Source of the DNA: Malacoraja senta
Lineage: Eukaryota
Length of the DNA: 64,000 nucleotides
Direction of reading: 5' to 3'
Assembly (NCBI GenBank): GCA_038087875.1
Contig: JAXLNO010000408.1
Location: 1 to 64,000, forward strand
Each line of letters starts with the position of its first letter. Position 1 is the stretch's first letter. A model generated the notes under the pieces. That model saw only the letters and a program-made list of their open reading frames with translations. It ran no database searches and was not told where the DNA came from. Position numbers and translations under genes: made by a program. Positions 13,345 to 26,033 of the stretch are shown here, one piece after another.

Positions 13345-16300
13345 AAAGGTAAATCATGTCTGACGAATCTTATAGAATTTTTCGATGATGTAACTAGTAG
13401 AGTGGATAAGGGAGAACCAGTGGATGTGTTATATCTGGACTTTTAGAAGGCTTTCGACAAGGTCCCACATAAGAGATTAGTATGAAAACTTAAAGCACAC
13501 GGTATTGGGGTTTCAGTATTGATGTGGATAGAGAACTGGCTGGCAGACAGGAAGCAAAGAGTAGGAGTAAACGGGACCATTTCAGAATGGCAGGCAGTGA
13601 CTAGTGGGGTACCGCAAGGCTCAGTGCTGGGACCCCAACTATTTACAATATATATTAATGATTTGGACGAGGGAATTGAATGCAACATCTCCAAGTTTGT
13701 GGATGACACGAAGCTGGGGGGCAGTGTTAGCTGTGAGGAGAATGCTGGGAGGCTGCAAGGTGACTTGGATAGGTTGGGTGAGTGGGCAAATGCAGTATAA
13801 TGTGGATAAATATGAGGTTATCCACTTTGGTGGCAAGAACAGGAAAGTAGACTATTATCTGAATGGTGGCGATTAGGAAAAGGGGAGATGCAACAAGACC
13901 TGGATTGAATATAGGAGCAGGGAGGTTCTACTGCAGTTGTACAGGGCCTTGGTGAGACCACACATGGAGTATTGTGTACAGTTTTGGTCTCCTAATCTGA
14001 GGAAATACATTCTTGCCATAGAGGGAGTACAGAGAAGGTTCACCAGACTGATTCCTGGGATGGCAGGACTTTCATATGAAGAAAGAATGTATAGACTCGG
14101 CTTGTACTCGCCAGAATTTGGAAGATTGAGGGGGGATCTTATAGTAACTTACAAAATTCTACAGGGGATGGACAGGCTAGATGCAGGAAGATTGTTCCCG
14201 ATGTTGGGGAAGTCCAGAACAAGGGGTCACAGCTTAAGGATAAGGGGGAAGTCTTTTTTCACACAGAGTGGTGAATCTGTGGAATTCTCTGCCACAGAAG
14301 GTAGTTACAGGGGGCGCCGGAGGGGGGAGATGGCAGCCCTGCCGGCAGTCTGTTCGTTTTTTTCATACTTTTTGTCATTTTTAGCATTTGTTTAAAGTTT
14401 GTTTTAATGTTCTTCTGTTTATTTTCTGTGGGGCTCACAGTCTCGGGAGAGGCTAGTCGGGAGCTCCAACGCTGCAGAAGGTTCGTCCAGCCCCGACGCG
14501 AGGTTCGATCGCTCACCGCGGGGGAGCTGACAACCCCCCGATGCAGGAGCTGATCGCCTCGACGCTGAGGGCCCGAACGCCGCCAGCTACGGAACTCAAG
14601 ACCGTCCTGTCAATGGGGGGCTCGAGGCCCACGACCGAGGAAGAACAACAAGGGAAGGACTTGGAACTTTATTTTCGCCTTCCATCACAGTGAGGAATGT
14701 GTAGGAGTCACTGTGATGGATGTTTATGTTAAAATGTGTTTTCTGAGTCTTGCTTTTTAAAATTGTATGACTGACCTGGCCAGTGAACTTCACTCCAGCA
14801 ATTGGTGTATGTAACAATAAATGAACATGAACTAGTTGAGGCCAGTTCATTGGCTATATTTAAGAGGGAGTTAGATGTCGCCCTTGTGGCTAAAGGGATC
14901 AGGGGGTATGGAGAGAAGGCCCTGACAGGATACTGAGTTGGATGATCAGCCATGATCATATTGAATGGCGGTGCAGGCTCGAAGGGCCGAATGGCCTACT
15001 CCTGCACCCATTTTTCTATGTTTCTATGTAAGTGTCAAGGTAAGACCAAAGTTGGACTCTTGAAGACCGAAAAAGGTGACTTTATTATGGGGAACAAGGA
15101 AATGGCAGATGAGTTGAACAGGTACTTTGGATCCGTCTTCACTAAGGAGGACACAAACAATCTTCCTGATATACTCGTGGCCAGAGGCTCTGGGGTGACG
15201 GAGGAACTGAAGGAAATCCACATTAGGCAGGAAATGGTGATGGAACTGAAGGCTGATAAATCAGGCCTGATGATCTGCATCCCAGGGTTCTTATGAAAGT
15301 AGCTCGAGAAATCATGGACGCATTGGTGATCATTTTCCAATGTTCTATAGATTCAAGATCAGGTCCTGTGGATTGGAGGGTAGTTAATGTTATCCCACTT
15401 TTTAAGAAAACGGAATTATAGACCAGTTAGCCTGACATCGGTGGTGGGGAAGATGCTGGAGTCATTTATAAAAGATGAAATAGTGGCACATTTGGATAGC
15501 AGTAAGAGGATCGGTCCGAGTCAGCGTGAATTTACGATGGAGAAATTATGCTTGACTAATCTGGAATTTCTTGAGGAAAATGGACAAGGGAGAGCCAGTG
15601 GATGTAGTGTACCTGGACGTTCGGAAAGCATTTGATAAGATCCCACGTAGGAGAAATTAGAGCACATGGTATTGGGGGTAGAGTGCTGACATGGATAGAA
15701 AATTTGTTGGCAGACAGGAAACAAAGAGTAGGGATTAACGTTTTTTTGTTTAAGAAGGAACTGCAGATGCTAGAAAATCGAAGGTACACAAAAATGCTGG
15801 AGAAACTCAGCGGGTGCAGCAGCATCTATGGAGCGAAGGAGATAGGCAACGTTTCGGGCCGAAACCCTTCTTCGGACTGATGGGATTAACAGGTCCCTTT
15901 CAGAATGGCACGCAGTGACTAGTGGGGTACCGCAAGGCTCGGTGCTGGGACCGTAACTATTTACAATATACAGCAATGATTTAGATGAAGGGATTCAAAG
16001 TAATATTAGCAAATTTGCAGATGACACAAAGCTGGGTGGCAGTGTGAACTGTGAGGACGATGCTATGAGAATGCAGCGTGACTTGGAGAGGTTGGGTGAG
16101 TGGGCAGATGCATGGCAGATGCAGTTTAATGTGGATAAATGTGAGGTTATCCATTTTGGTAGCAAAAACAGGAAGGCAGATTTCTATCTGAATGGTGTCA
16201 AGTTGGGAAAAAAGGGAAGTACAACGGGATCTGGGGGTCCTTGTTCATCAGTCACTGAAAGTAAGCATGCAGGTACAGCAGGCAGTGAAGAAAGCGAATG

Positions 16301-18130
16301 GCATGTTTGCCTTTATAACAAGAGGAGTTGAGTCTAGGAGCAAAGAGGTCCTTCTGCAGTTGTACAGGACCCTAGTGAGACCACACCTGGAGTATTGTGT
16401 GCAGGTTTGGACCCTAATTTGAGGAAGGACATTCTTGCTATTGAGGGAGTGCAGCATAGGTTTACAAGGCTAATTCACGGGATGGCGGGACTGTCATGCT
16501 GAGTGAATGGAGCAGTTGGGCTTGTATTCTCTGGAGTTTAGAAGGATGAGCGGGGATCTTATTGAAACATATCAAGTCAAGTCACTTTTATTTCTATAGC
16601 ACATTTAATAAACAACTCTCGTTGACCAAAGTGCTTTACATTGGTGGAGGTACTAACATTATACAACAGTGGTTCACAGATTAAATACATACATAAATAT
16701 ATACATATAGCCCTCCCTCAGATGACGTCAAGAAAGGCTTGAGAGTAAAGATGTGTTTTAAGTCTCGACTTAAAGGAGTCGATGGAGGGGGCAGTTCTGA
16801 TGGGAAGAGGGATGCTGTTCCACGGTCTAGGAGCTGCAACTGCAAAGGCGCGGTCGCCCCTGAGCTTATGCTTAGACCGCGGGATGGTCAGTAACCCCAA
16901 GTTGGCCGATCTGAGGGACCTGGAGGTGGTGTGGTGGGTAAGCTGACTTTTGATGTAGGTGGGGGACAAGCCCGTTAGGTAACGGAGCTTTGTAAACATA
17001 AAGAAGGATCTTGAAATTTATTCGGAACCGCACAGGGAGCCAGTGTAGAGAGGCCAGAATCGGGGTGATGTGGTCCCTTTTTCGGGTGCCCGTCAGGAGT
17101 CTCGCTGCGGCGTTTTGGACCAGTTGCAGGCGGGACAGGGAAGATTGCCTGATGCCAGTGTAAAGGGAGTTGCAGTAATCGAGGTGGGAGGAGATAAATG
17201 TGTGGATGATCTTTTCGAGGTCATCAAACTGGAGGAATTGTTTTATTTTAGCTATCGTCCGAAGCTGGAAGAAGCTAGCTTTTACCACGGCATTGACTTG
17301 TTTGTCAAATTTCAGTGCTGAGTCAAATATCACGCCAAGGTTCTTGACGTGAGGTTTGAGTAGTGGGGTAAGGCTTCCAAGGCTGCCTGCTATCATTTTG
17401 ATTGAGTCCGAGGGGCCGAGAATGATGACCTCAGACTTACTCTCGTTTAGTTGGAGGAAGTTCTGGGCCATCCAACACTTTATATCCTCGAGGCAGTGGA
17501 TAAGGTTAAGTAGATTTGATCGGTTGTTGGGGTTCAGGGGGAGATAGAGTTGTGTATCGTCTGCATAGCAATGGAAGGATATGCCGTGCCTTTGAATGAC
17601 TTGGCCTAAGGGGGGCATATACAGGGAGAAGAGAATGGGGCCAAGGATGGAACCTTGTGGAACCCCGCAGCAGAGGCTAGCTTGGGAGGAGAAAGAGTTG
17701 CTTATGTTAGTAGAGAAACTCTTACCTTTGAGGTAGGAGATGAACCAGCTCAGATTATAAACCCTTATAAGATTGTTAAGGGTTTGGACAGGCTAGAGGC
17801 AGGAAACATGTTCCTGATGTTGGAGGAGTCCAGAACCAAGGGCCACAGTTTAAGAATAAGGGGTAAGCCACTTTGAACGGAGACGAGGAAACACTTTTTT
17901 GTCCAGAAAGTTGTGAATCTGTGGAATTCTCTGCGTCTGAGGGCGGTGGAGGCCGATTCTCTGGATACTTTCAAGAGAGAGCTAGATATGGCTCTTAAAG
18001 ATAAAGGAGTCATGGGATATGGGGAGAAGGCAGGAATGGGGTACTGATTGGGGATGATCAGCCTTGATCACATGGTGGTCCTGGCTCAAAGGGCCGAATG
18101 GCCTACTTCTGCACCTATTGTCTATTGATC
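13345..18130 (+). mobile_element. Two successive CR1 RT/3' segments interrupted by nested insertions
   Basis: RT motifs in broken ORFs; interrupted at 14308-14832 (TSD TAGTT), 15740-15880 (Penelope-type repeat) and 16573-17670 (L2). Confidence 0.88.
16573..17670 (-). mobile_element. L2-clade LINE 3' part (RT and tail)
   Basis: ORF 16872-17618 has HCYADDTQLY, SHLDYCNSL, LQLVQNAAARLL and LHWLPV; AATAAA and (gactt)n tail. Confidence 0.85.
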
Positions 18131-18329
18131 CTCGAGACGCTCACTTCTTTTGTTGCGACTCTTCATCCCTTCTTTTTTGCGTTCTTTCTCATTGATCCTT
18201 GAGACGTTGAGTTGTCTCTTGTTCCCTTCTGTTCTTTGCTGCTTCTTGATGTCCCTTCGCGTCATTCCTTGACCATCCTGCAGCTCTTTTTCTCCCTCTT
18301 CTTGGCATGAGGTTAAATCAGCAGCTTGA

Positions 18330-18950
18330 ACACAATTTCAGTAAACCACCATCGGCCCTGTTTTGTCCAGCAGGGTGGCGATGAAGTTGTACTTGAGGCA
18401 GGGGCTGTCGGGGGGGGCTTGAAGCTCGGGCTGTCGGGGGGGGGGGGGGGCTTGAAGCGGGGGATACTTCACTACGGGCACGGTGTCTGGCCACAACAAC
18501 CTATTTTGCTGGCATACTTTGGCCAAAGTAGCTTTTATCTCTCCATTTACTCTTTCTACCATCCTTGAGGACTGTGGTTGATATGATATGTGTAATTTCC
18601 ACTGAAACCCAAGAACCTTTGACAAGTTCTGAACTAATTTACTGATGAAATGAGTTCCTCTGTCACTTTATTCCCATGGGTATCCCGAATCTAGGTATTA
18701 TTTCTTTCATTAAAATATGCATCATCCCTCCTTGTGGGGTGTGCTTCCACCCATCTAGAGAACATATCAACAATGACCAGAATGTACTTAAAACCCTTTG
18801 CTGCTGGCATATGTACAAAATCAATTAGCAAATTCTCAAAAGGCATTTCAGGTTTCATTTTGCAGGCGTCTATTATTTTGTTGACACACCAGACATGTTC
18901 TTGCAACTTTATCAATTATGACTGTATACCTGGTAATTATGGCTGATGCA
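18330..18950 (-). pseudogene. Endogenous retrovirus integrase remnant
   Basis: PFENLLIDFVHMP...YILVIVDMFSRWVEAHPT and WKLHISYQPQSSRMVERVNGEIKATLAK integrase-core motifs in broken frames. Confidence 0.85.
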
Positions 18951-18959
18951 TACCATTGC

Positions 18960-20664
18960 TGGGACAATGCGTGTGCCATCCCCCCTTTTCCCAAGTGAGC
19001 CTGTCCATGAGCTGGGCGAGACAGGGGCAGAAATTGGTGAGGATTTTGTTTGTTGATTTTAGCTCTGCATTCAACACCATTGCACCGGAGCTACTACACT
19101 CCAAACTTTCCGAGTTGACTGTGCCTGAACCCCTCTGTTGGTGGATCACCAGCTGCCTGACAGACAGGAAGCAGCATGTGAGGCTGGGAAAGCACATCTC
19201 AAACCCGCAGACCCTCAGCATAGGAGCACCGCAAGGCTGCGTACTCTCCCCTCTCCTCTACTCTCTCTACACCAACGACTGCAACTGGAACACGTAAGAG
19301 GGAGCACATAACGCCTATTCTGGCCTCCCTCCACTGGCTGCCTGTGGACTTTAGAGTTCGTTTTAAAATTATTTTATTTGTTTTTAAATCTTTAAATGGT
19401 CTCGCCCCGCCTTACCTCTCTGAGCTGCTTCATCCCTACGCTCCTGCTCGGTGCCGATCAGCTGCTCCTGGAGGTACCGAGGTCTAAGCGGAAGCTCAGA
19501 GGGGATAGAGCCTTCTCTGTTGCTGCTCCGACATTATGGAACACTCTACCTTTGCACAGTAGACAGGCCCCTTCACTGTCCATTTTCAAAACTAGTCTTA
19601 AAACCCTTTTCTATTCCTTGGCTTTTGACCCTGCATGAGACTTTGCTCCTGTTTTAGTGTTTCTATTGTTTTTTTAATTGTTTTTACTGTCTTTAATGTT
19701 TTTATAGATTTGTTTTATGTTTATGATTAGTCATGTTCAGCACTTTGTTGCAACAGTGGTTGTTTTTAAAGTGCTCTATAAATAAAGTTTCAGTTCAGTT
19801 CAGTTCAGACTGCACCTCCACAGACACCTCTGTCAAGCTTCTCAAGTTTGCGGATGACACAACCCTGATTGGACTGATCCAGGATGGGGAGGAATCTGCC
19901 TACAGACAGGAAGTGACACAGCTGGTGTCCTGGTGCCATCGCAACAACCTGGAGCTCAATGCTCTTAAGACAGTGGAATTGATAGTAGATAGTAGACTTT
20001 GGGAGAGCTCCCCCTCCCCTTTCCCCACTCACCATCAACAACACCATAGTCACATATGTGGAGTATTTTAAGTTCCTGAGAACCATCATCTCCATGGACC
20101 TTAAGTGGGGGGGGGGGGGGGGGCTACCATCGACTCCAGTCAAAAAGGCACAACAGAGGATGTACTTCCTGCGGCAGCTGAGGAAGCACAATCTGCCACA
20201 GGCAATGATGGTCCAATTCTACACAGCCATCGTAGAGTATGTCCTCACCTTCTCCATCATGGTCTGGTTTGGCTCAGCCACCAAGCACGATATCCGGAGG
20301 CTGCAGCGAATCGTCCGATCAGCTGAGAAGGTTATTGGCTGCAACCTTCCCCCCATTGATGAACTGTACATTGCAAGGGCCAGGAAGCGAGCGGGTAAGA
20401 TCATCTCTGACCCCTCTCACCCTGGCCACAAACTCTTTGGAATCACTTCCCTCTGGAAGGCGACTCCGGACTGTCAAAGCTTAGGCCACAGACAGATATA
20501 AAAACAGCTTTTTTCCCACGAGTAGTAGCTCTACTCAATAACCAAAATCTGTAGCCTCCTTTGCTCTGGTATTTTATTTAATTCACATGTTTAATCAATA
20601 ATGTTTTATTATTAATGTTTAATGTTTTATGTGTCATTCCTAACTGTCACTGTATGTCATGTTG
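18960..20664 (+). mobile_element. Rex-Babar-like LINE 3' part with nested L2 tail (about 19285-19805)
   Basis: RILFVDFSSAFNTI, GAPQGCVLSPLLYSLYTNDC, KFADDTT, KAQQRMYFLRQL; the 3' UTR resumes at 29883 after the large insertion. Confidence 0.82.
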
Positions 20665-23410
20665 CAGGGCAGCCAACATTGGGTGAGAGTTGGGAGTGAG
20701 AAATTGCGAGAGACCAAGCCCGACGGAGCGAAGCGACCGGGGGGGGGGGGGGGCGGGGGTGGTGGTGGGGGGGGGGGGTGGGAGGAAGGTGTCCCCCCCC
20801 CCCATTGGTACGGGGCTTTTGCATTTTTCAGCTTGAAATTGTGCAATCTGGTGCATACTGTAGCGATTCTTTTAACTTACACTTGAATGCAATATATATG
20901 CTTTAAATTGGATTAGCTATGAATAAGGTTAAACTAAATTACATTCCTAATTACATTCCACAGTAGAGCTGCCAGGCTCCGATCAACACGTGCAGCACAT
21001 GACTGATCTTAGAATATTTATGTATGGAAATCAGATTATGACCAACCTGGGTCTCACTGCACACCGGGTACTACTCCTGACCCTGTCTCCAGTTGCATAC
21101 CTTCTCTCATTCCTGAGCCTGAGTCCACCCTTACACCTGCCCCCCCCCCCACTATTCTACCCTGATCATAGCTGCTTACCTGCTTAGGTTCCCAGTGCTG
21201 AACACTCCCATTGTCCCAGCTTTGACTGCACACCTAGTACTATTCCAGACCTTGACTCTGGATGTACACTTGGCCTTGCTCCTAGCCCCTCTGCACTGAC
21301 AATATATCTGGCCCTCACATAAAGCCCCATATCTGACCCCCTGGATTTAACCGATTACGTTGAAGTCCACAGGTGCTTATCTAATGCAGTAATCTTTTAT
21401 GGGGCACTTCACAGACCAAATTATCTATAACAAAATTTGCTACATCCATTGGCTTCCTTGTTATCTAACGTGCTAGTTACTTTGTCAAAGAAGTCATCAA
21501 TTGGTGGAACACAATTTCTCATCCATAAATTTATACTCACTCAGCTGTATAAGTATTCTGTTACCAGTTCCTTCATTTTCCTAGCAAACTGTCCTGAAGT
21601 CATTTTCACCCCCAATATTTTCAGTATTTTGATGTCTTCCTCTCAACTGGGACTTTTCCGAAATGCAAAGTCCAATAACTATATATTTAAGCAATATTAT
21701 TCTATTCAATGTGCTCTTGAGGGTACATACTATTTTCTGTGGTATTCATAACACAACAATGATAAAAAGATCTTTGTTTTGATTGCACCTACCAACATGC
21801 GTACGTTATTATATTACAGTTAATATGTACCAAGGGCAAATTTTTGTTCCATTGCTCCCCATTCCCAAGTACTTTTACGTTGAAGTGATTGAAATCCACG
21901 TGAAGTTTAAATGGCATCATAAAAGTCAAACCTCCGGAATGGATGATATTCATCACGTGGTTGGTTGGGGTCAGTATCAGTACAATTACTATATTAAACT
22001 TTGAATCTTCAGATGTCCTGGTCCATGCTAAAACTAAAGACAAATAATAATCTCCTCACACATTCCCCTGCAAGTATCTCTGTCACACCTTTAAAATATT
22101 CCCCTTCTTTGAACAAGCTCTTAAATATCGCATCTGAATCAGTTTCCATCTGATTACACTCCTTGAGGATGTTCATCTATGTGTTCAATTAATAAAACAA
22201 CGAGATTGGGGACATTTCTATTCAACTTGTCAAAGGAATTGGTGGTGGGGGGGGGGAGTTTAGAAATAGTCAGTGAGGTAAACAAACATAATAGTCGAGT
22301 GGCAAATGACAATAGTGCTACCTTCCCAATATTTAACTGAAGGAAATAATGGGTTATCAGGGCTGTATGTTGTGACAGTCAGCTTGACACCTTGCATGTC
22401 ATTTTAATATTACACTTATCCCATCCCCCTGGATATTCCAGATTAATAAATTAAGGTTTTGTGAACTAATTGTAAATCAGGCTAATTACAAATCAATAAC
22501 ATTAGCCAACTCCGAAACATGAAGCGCTGAGCATTGGGATGCAGACATCATGGACAACTGGCCTCAGTTCCCCGCTCACATCTGGCAGTGTTCTCCGTCT
22601 GAACCAGGGACCATGGAGCGTTTTTGAAAGTGGGGAGGCTGAGCAATCACTGATCACTGGCTTTGGGGGTACCCAGTGAGGGAGTGGAGCAACTGAGTGG
22701 GGAGAGGGTGTGGAAGTGGGGTGTCCCCCCTCCCAGAGTAGGGACTTTTTGAAATGTGATGTATTAAAATCATATTTAGTGCATTGTAGAAGTATGATTT
22801 CAATGTATTTTGAATGAATTATTTTTAACTTTTTAAGCGGTAACTTTTTCCACACAAAGGGTGGTGAGTGTATGGAACAAGCTGCCAGAGGAGGTAGTTG
22901 AGGCAGGGGCCATCCCAACATTTAAGAAACAGTGATTGCATTTTATTACCATATACTCAAGCATAGAAACATAGAAAATAGGTGCAGGAATAGGCCATTC
23001 GGCCCTTCGAACCAGCACTGCCATTCAATATGATCATGGCTATTCATCTAAAATCAGTACCTCTTTCAGGGTTTTTTCCCCCATATCCCTTGATTTCATT
23101 GGCCCCAAGAACTAAATGTAACTCTCTCTTGAAAACATCCAGTGAATTGGCCTGCACTGCCTTCTGTCGCAGAGAATTCCACAGATTCACAACTCTCTGC
23201 GTAAAGAAAGTTTGTCTTCATCTCAGTCCTAACTGGCCTACCCTTTATTCTTAAACTGTGACCCCTGGTTCTGAACTCCCCAACATCGGGAACATTTTTC
23301 CTGCAGTTACAGTAAGTGAAAATCTAGCAGGCAAGCAGGATGCTTTCTCCAACTACTCCTGTTTGAAGTCCACTATCTTCCACCATTTCTACCCAGTGCT
23401 TGGTACTTAC

Positions 23411-23566
23411 TTCCAGCAGCCACTGGTTGTCCTCCAGGATGCACCGAGCCGCAGCCTGATCCATGCTGGTCACCTGGGCGAATTTGGCACAGAGACTCTC
23501 ACGGCAACGGTGCAAATCTTCAAACGCCTCCGACAGCCCCGGACTCTTGCACTGAGGCTGCTCCAT
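23411..23566 (-). pseudogene. TDP2: Isolated first coding exon resembling the TDP2 N-terminal UBA-like domain
   Basis: 52 codons MEQPQ...RESLCAKFAQVTSMDQAAARCILEDNQWLLE; Kozak-like ccggccATGG; phase-0 GAA|GTAAGT donor; resembles vertebrate TDP2 LCVEFASVASCDAAVAQCFLAENDWEME; no downstream exon recognised. Confidence 0.68.
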
Positions 23567-23794
23567 GGCCGGAGTTGCAGTGAGCGACTCGCCATCCCAG
23601 CAAATACTCACCAGCCCAGCAAACACTCACCAACCCCACTCCCCGTCCGCACCTGTCCCCGCCGCTGCTTCTGCTTCCAACTCCCGTGGCCCATGCAGTT
23701 GATATTAGTTGTGAAATTTTAGTTGATCACTGAATTTCTCACGACAGAGTGAAAATTTGGCTCAATTCATGGGAGTTGGCAGCCCTGCCTCTAT

Positions 23795-24520
23795 AATCCC
23801 CCTATCTCCCCCCTCTCTCTCTCCCTCTCACCCCCTCTCCCCTCCCTCTCTCTCTCCCCTCTCTCTCTGCTCTCTCTGTCTCCTCTCACCCCCTCTCTCT
23901 CTCCCCTGTCTCCCTCCCCATCTCTCTCCCCTTCCTCTCTTCTCTCTCCCCCTCTCTCTCTCCTCTCTTCCCCTCTCTCTCCATTCCTCTCTCCCCCTCT
24001 CCCCTCACCTCACTCTCTCCCTCTCTCTCGCCTCCTCTCTCTCCACCCTCCCCTCTCCCCCTCTCCTCTCTCTCCCCCTCTCTTTCCCCAAACTCTCTCT
24101 CCCCCCTCTCTCTCTCCCCCTTTCCCCCTCTCTCATCTCCCCCCTCTCTCTCCCCCACATCTCTCCCCCCATTTCTCCCTCCCACCTCACTCCCCACTTG
24201 CTCTCTCTACCCTCTCTCTCCCCTCTCTTTCTCCTCTCTCTATCTCCTCTTTCTCTTTGCCCCCCTCTCTCCCTCTTCCCCCCTCTCTCCCTTCCCCCTC
24301 TCTCTCTTCCCACCCCTCTCTCTCCCCCCTCCCCTTCTCTCCTCCCTCTCCACCCCCCTCTCTCTTCCTTTCTCCCCCCCTCTCACTCTCCCCCTCTCCC
24401 TGCCCTCCCCCTCACCCCCTCTCTCTCTTCCCCCTCTCCCACCTCACTCTCCCCCTCTCCACTCTCTCTCCCCCTCTCCCTCCCCATTCTCTCCCCCTCT
24501 GTCTCACCCCTCTCTCCCCA
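23795..24520. repeat. CT-rich polypyrimidine tract, copy 1
   Basis: Low complexity; shares ordered landmarks (ctctccattc, cctcacctcactctc, tctttccccaaactct) with 28917-29472. Confidence 0.88.
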
Positions 24521-24521
24521 C

Positions 24522-24831
24522 CGTCAGTCACAGCAATTTAGATCCAACTGAATGTTTAATACATGAGAGAGAATCGCACAGAGTACAGGCGTCTGAACGA
24601 GTCTCTCTCCCGAAGCAGCGCCCGAACTCATTCCTTTATACAATGGAGTAAACAAGGATGTATCGACCACAACTTAATCTCGTCACACAGGACCACAACT
24701 TAATCTCGTCACACAAGAGTACAAAGTACAAAACCATAGTCAGCACATAATGTCATCCCAAGATAGACTTGCCCATACATGATTCTTAAAGGTACAGTCC
24801 CCGATAACTCTAGGAATGAATTTTTATATCA
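24522..24831 (-). repeat. 3' LTR of provirus 1 (U5 end clipped)
   Basis: Near-identical direct repeat of 28634-28916; starts TGATATAAAA on the minus strand after purine-rich AAACGGAGAAAA; has TATA-like and ATTAAA motifs. Confidence 0.9.
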
Positions 24832-25039
24832 TTTTCTCCGTTTATACAATTATCCAACAATTTATTAACAATTTCCAAAAAATTCTCCCGTCCTGAACGC
24901 CTCCACGGTTCCATCACAACATTGCACTTCTTTTGACTTGATGCAATCTGTTCATCTGCGGGGGTCCGTTCAGGCCATGAAGGTATCCCTTAGGTCAAAG
25001 TCCACTTCTTCTTCCTCGATTCCTTTCTGAGGAACCAAC

Positions 25040-25235
25040 TCGTACACCATCTGCATTTTCTTTGTAAGGGCTGTTCTATTAGTCTGTGAGACAGCCCTCG
25101 AACACAGGGAATTATACAGCATCCAATCCGGCTAACATTCATGTAATCACTGTGAAGGATGTCAGTGCAGAAGTGATGATATTTTTCCATTTCCCAAACC
25201 AGCTTTCTGCCTTTAGTTACATGCAATATGACACA
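25040..25235 (-). pseudogene. env: Retroviral env TM anchor and cytoplasmic tail remnant
   Basis: Two frames read SWFGKWKNIITSALTSFTVIT and GCCIIPCVRGLSHRLIE, the pattern of fish ERV TM C-termini; lies just upstream of the 3' LTR. Confidence 0.75.
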
Positions 25236-26033
25236 TCACAATTGAATTGGCAACAAAGACCAATGTATTAACGAAGCTCCAAATATCATCTTTTGAGGAC
25301 CTGTGTAGGAACACTTATACCCAGTTGAGAAGTCCTTGGGGACACTTCAGTGAGGATACATTCAACAGCTTGTATTGCTTTCTCATTTATTCCAAGAATT
25401 GATTCTCAGTTATGGAATTTCATACATTAACGTGTTCCTTCCCTTTAGACTTGGGTTAATAACCAGCATTTTATTCCGTATTTTTGTAGAATCTAAGTTA
25501 CTTATGGATACCATTTTATTTTTTAAGGACCCAGATAGTTTAGAGTAAACACAAGCATTGAATGTATTAATTTACCTATAAAGAACCAATGGTGATAAAA
25601 TGGTACTGCAAATTTGCACAGATTTTCCATTTGTGACTCCTTTCTACAGGCTGCACTAAACAGAGTCTAGTGCTCCAGAGCACAAACTAAGTATTGAAAA
25701 AAATTATTAGATGACAGCAAAATGTTCAAGGCTTGAAAAGAAATTAACATTTCAAATTTAAAAAATATTATTTGCACTTCAACTAAAACCAATTGTACAA
25801 CCAGAACAAGTGCAATTTCTTAACTCAAATGTTGTTTCATTATATGGTAAGCACAATAGTGAAACACTGACCCTTAGTTAAACATTCCAGTACTTTATTA
25901 GCAGCTTTTTCTGAACTACCCTAGCTCTCTGCTCTAACCACAGTCATAAATGCACCTTCAGTATTCAAATTGTACTACTCTTCATCTTAAACCAACATAA
26001 AAATCCCATTTCAAGAAAACTTCAAGTGCTATC

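Noticed and set aside
22600..22840. Additional DNA-transposon-like left end inside the composite element
   Set aside because: Resembles the 20665-20900 subterminal style, but no matching right end or TSD could be found
23757..24551. 264-aa Leu/Ser/Pro ORF and its antisense Glu/Arg ORFs (likewise 28864-29753)
   Set aside because: CT low-complexity tracts lack stop codons by composition
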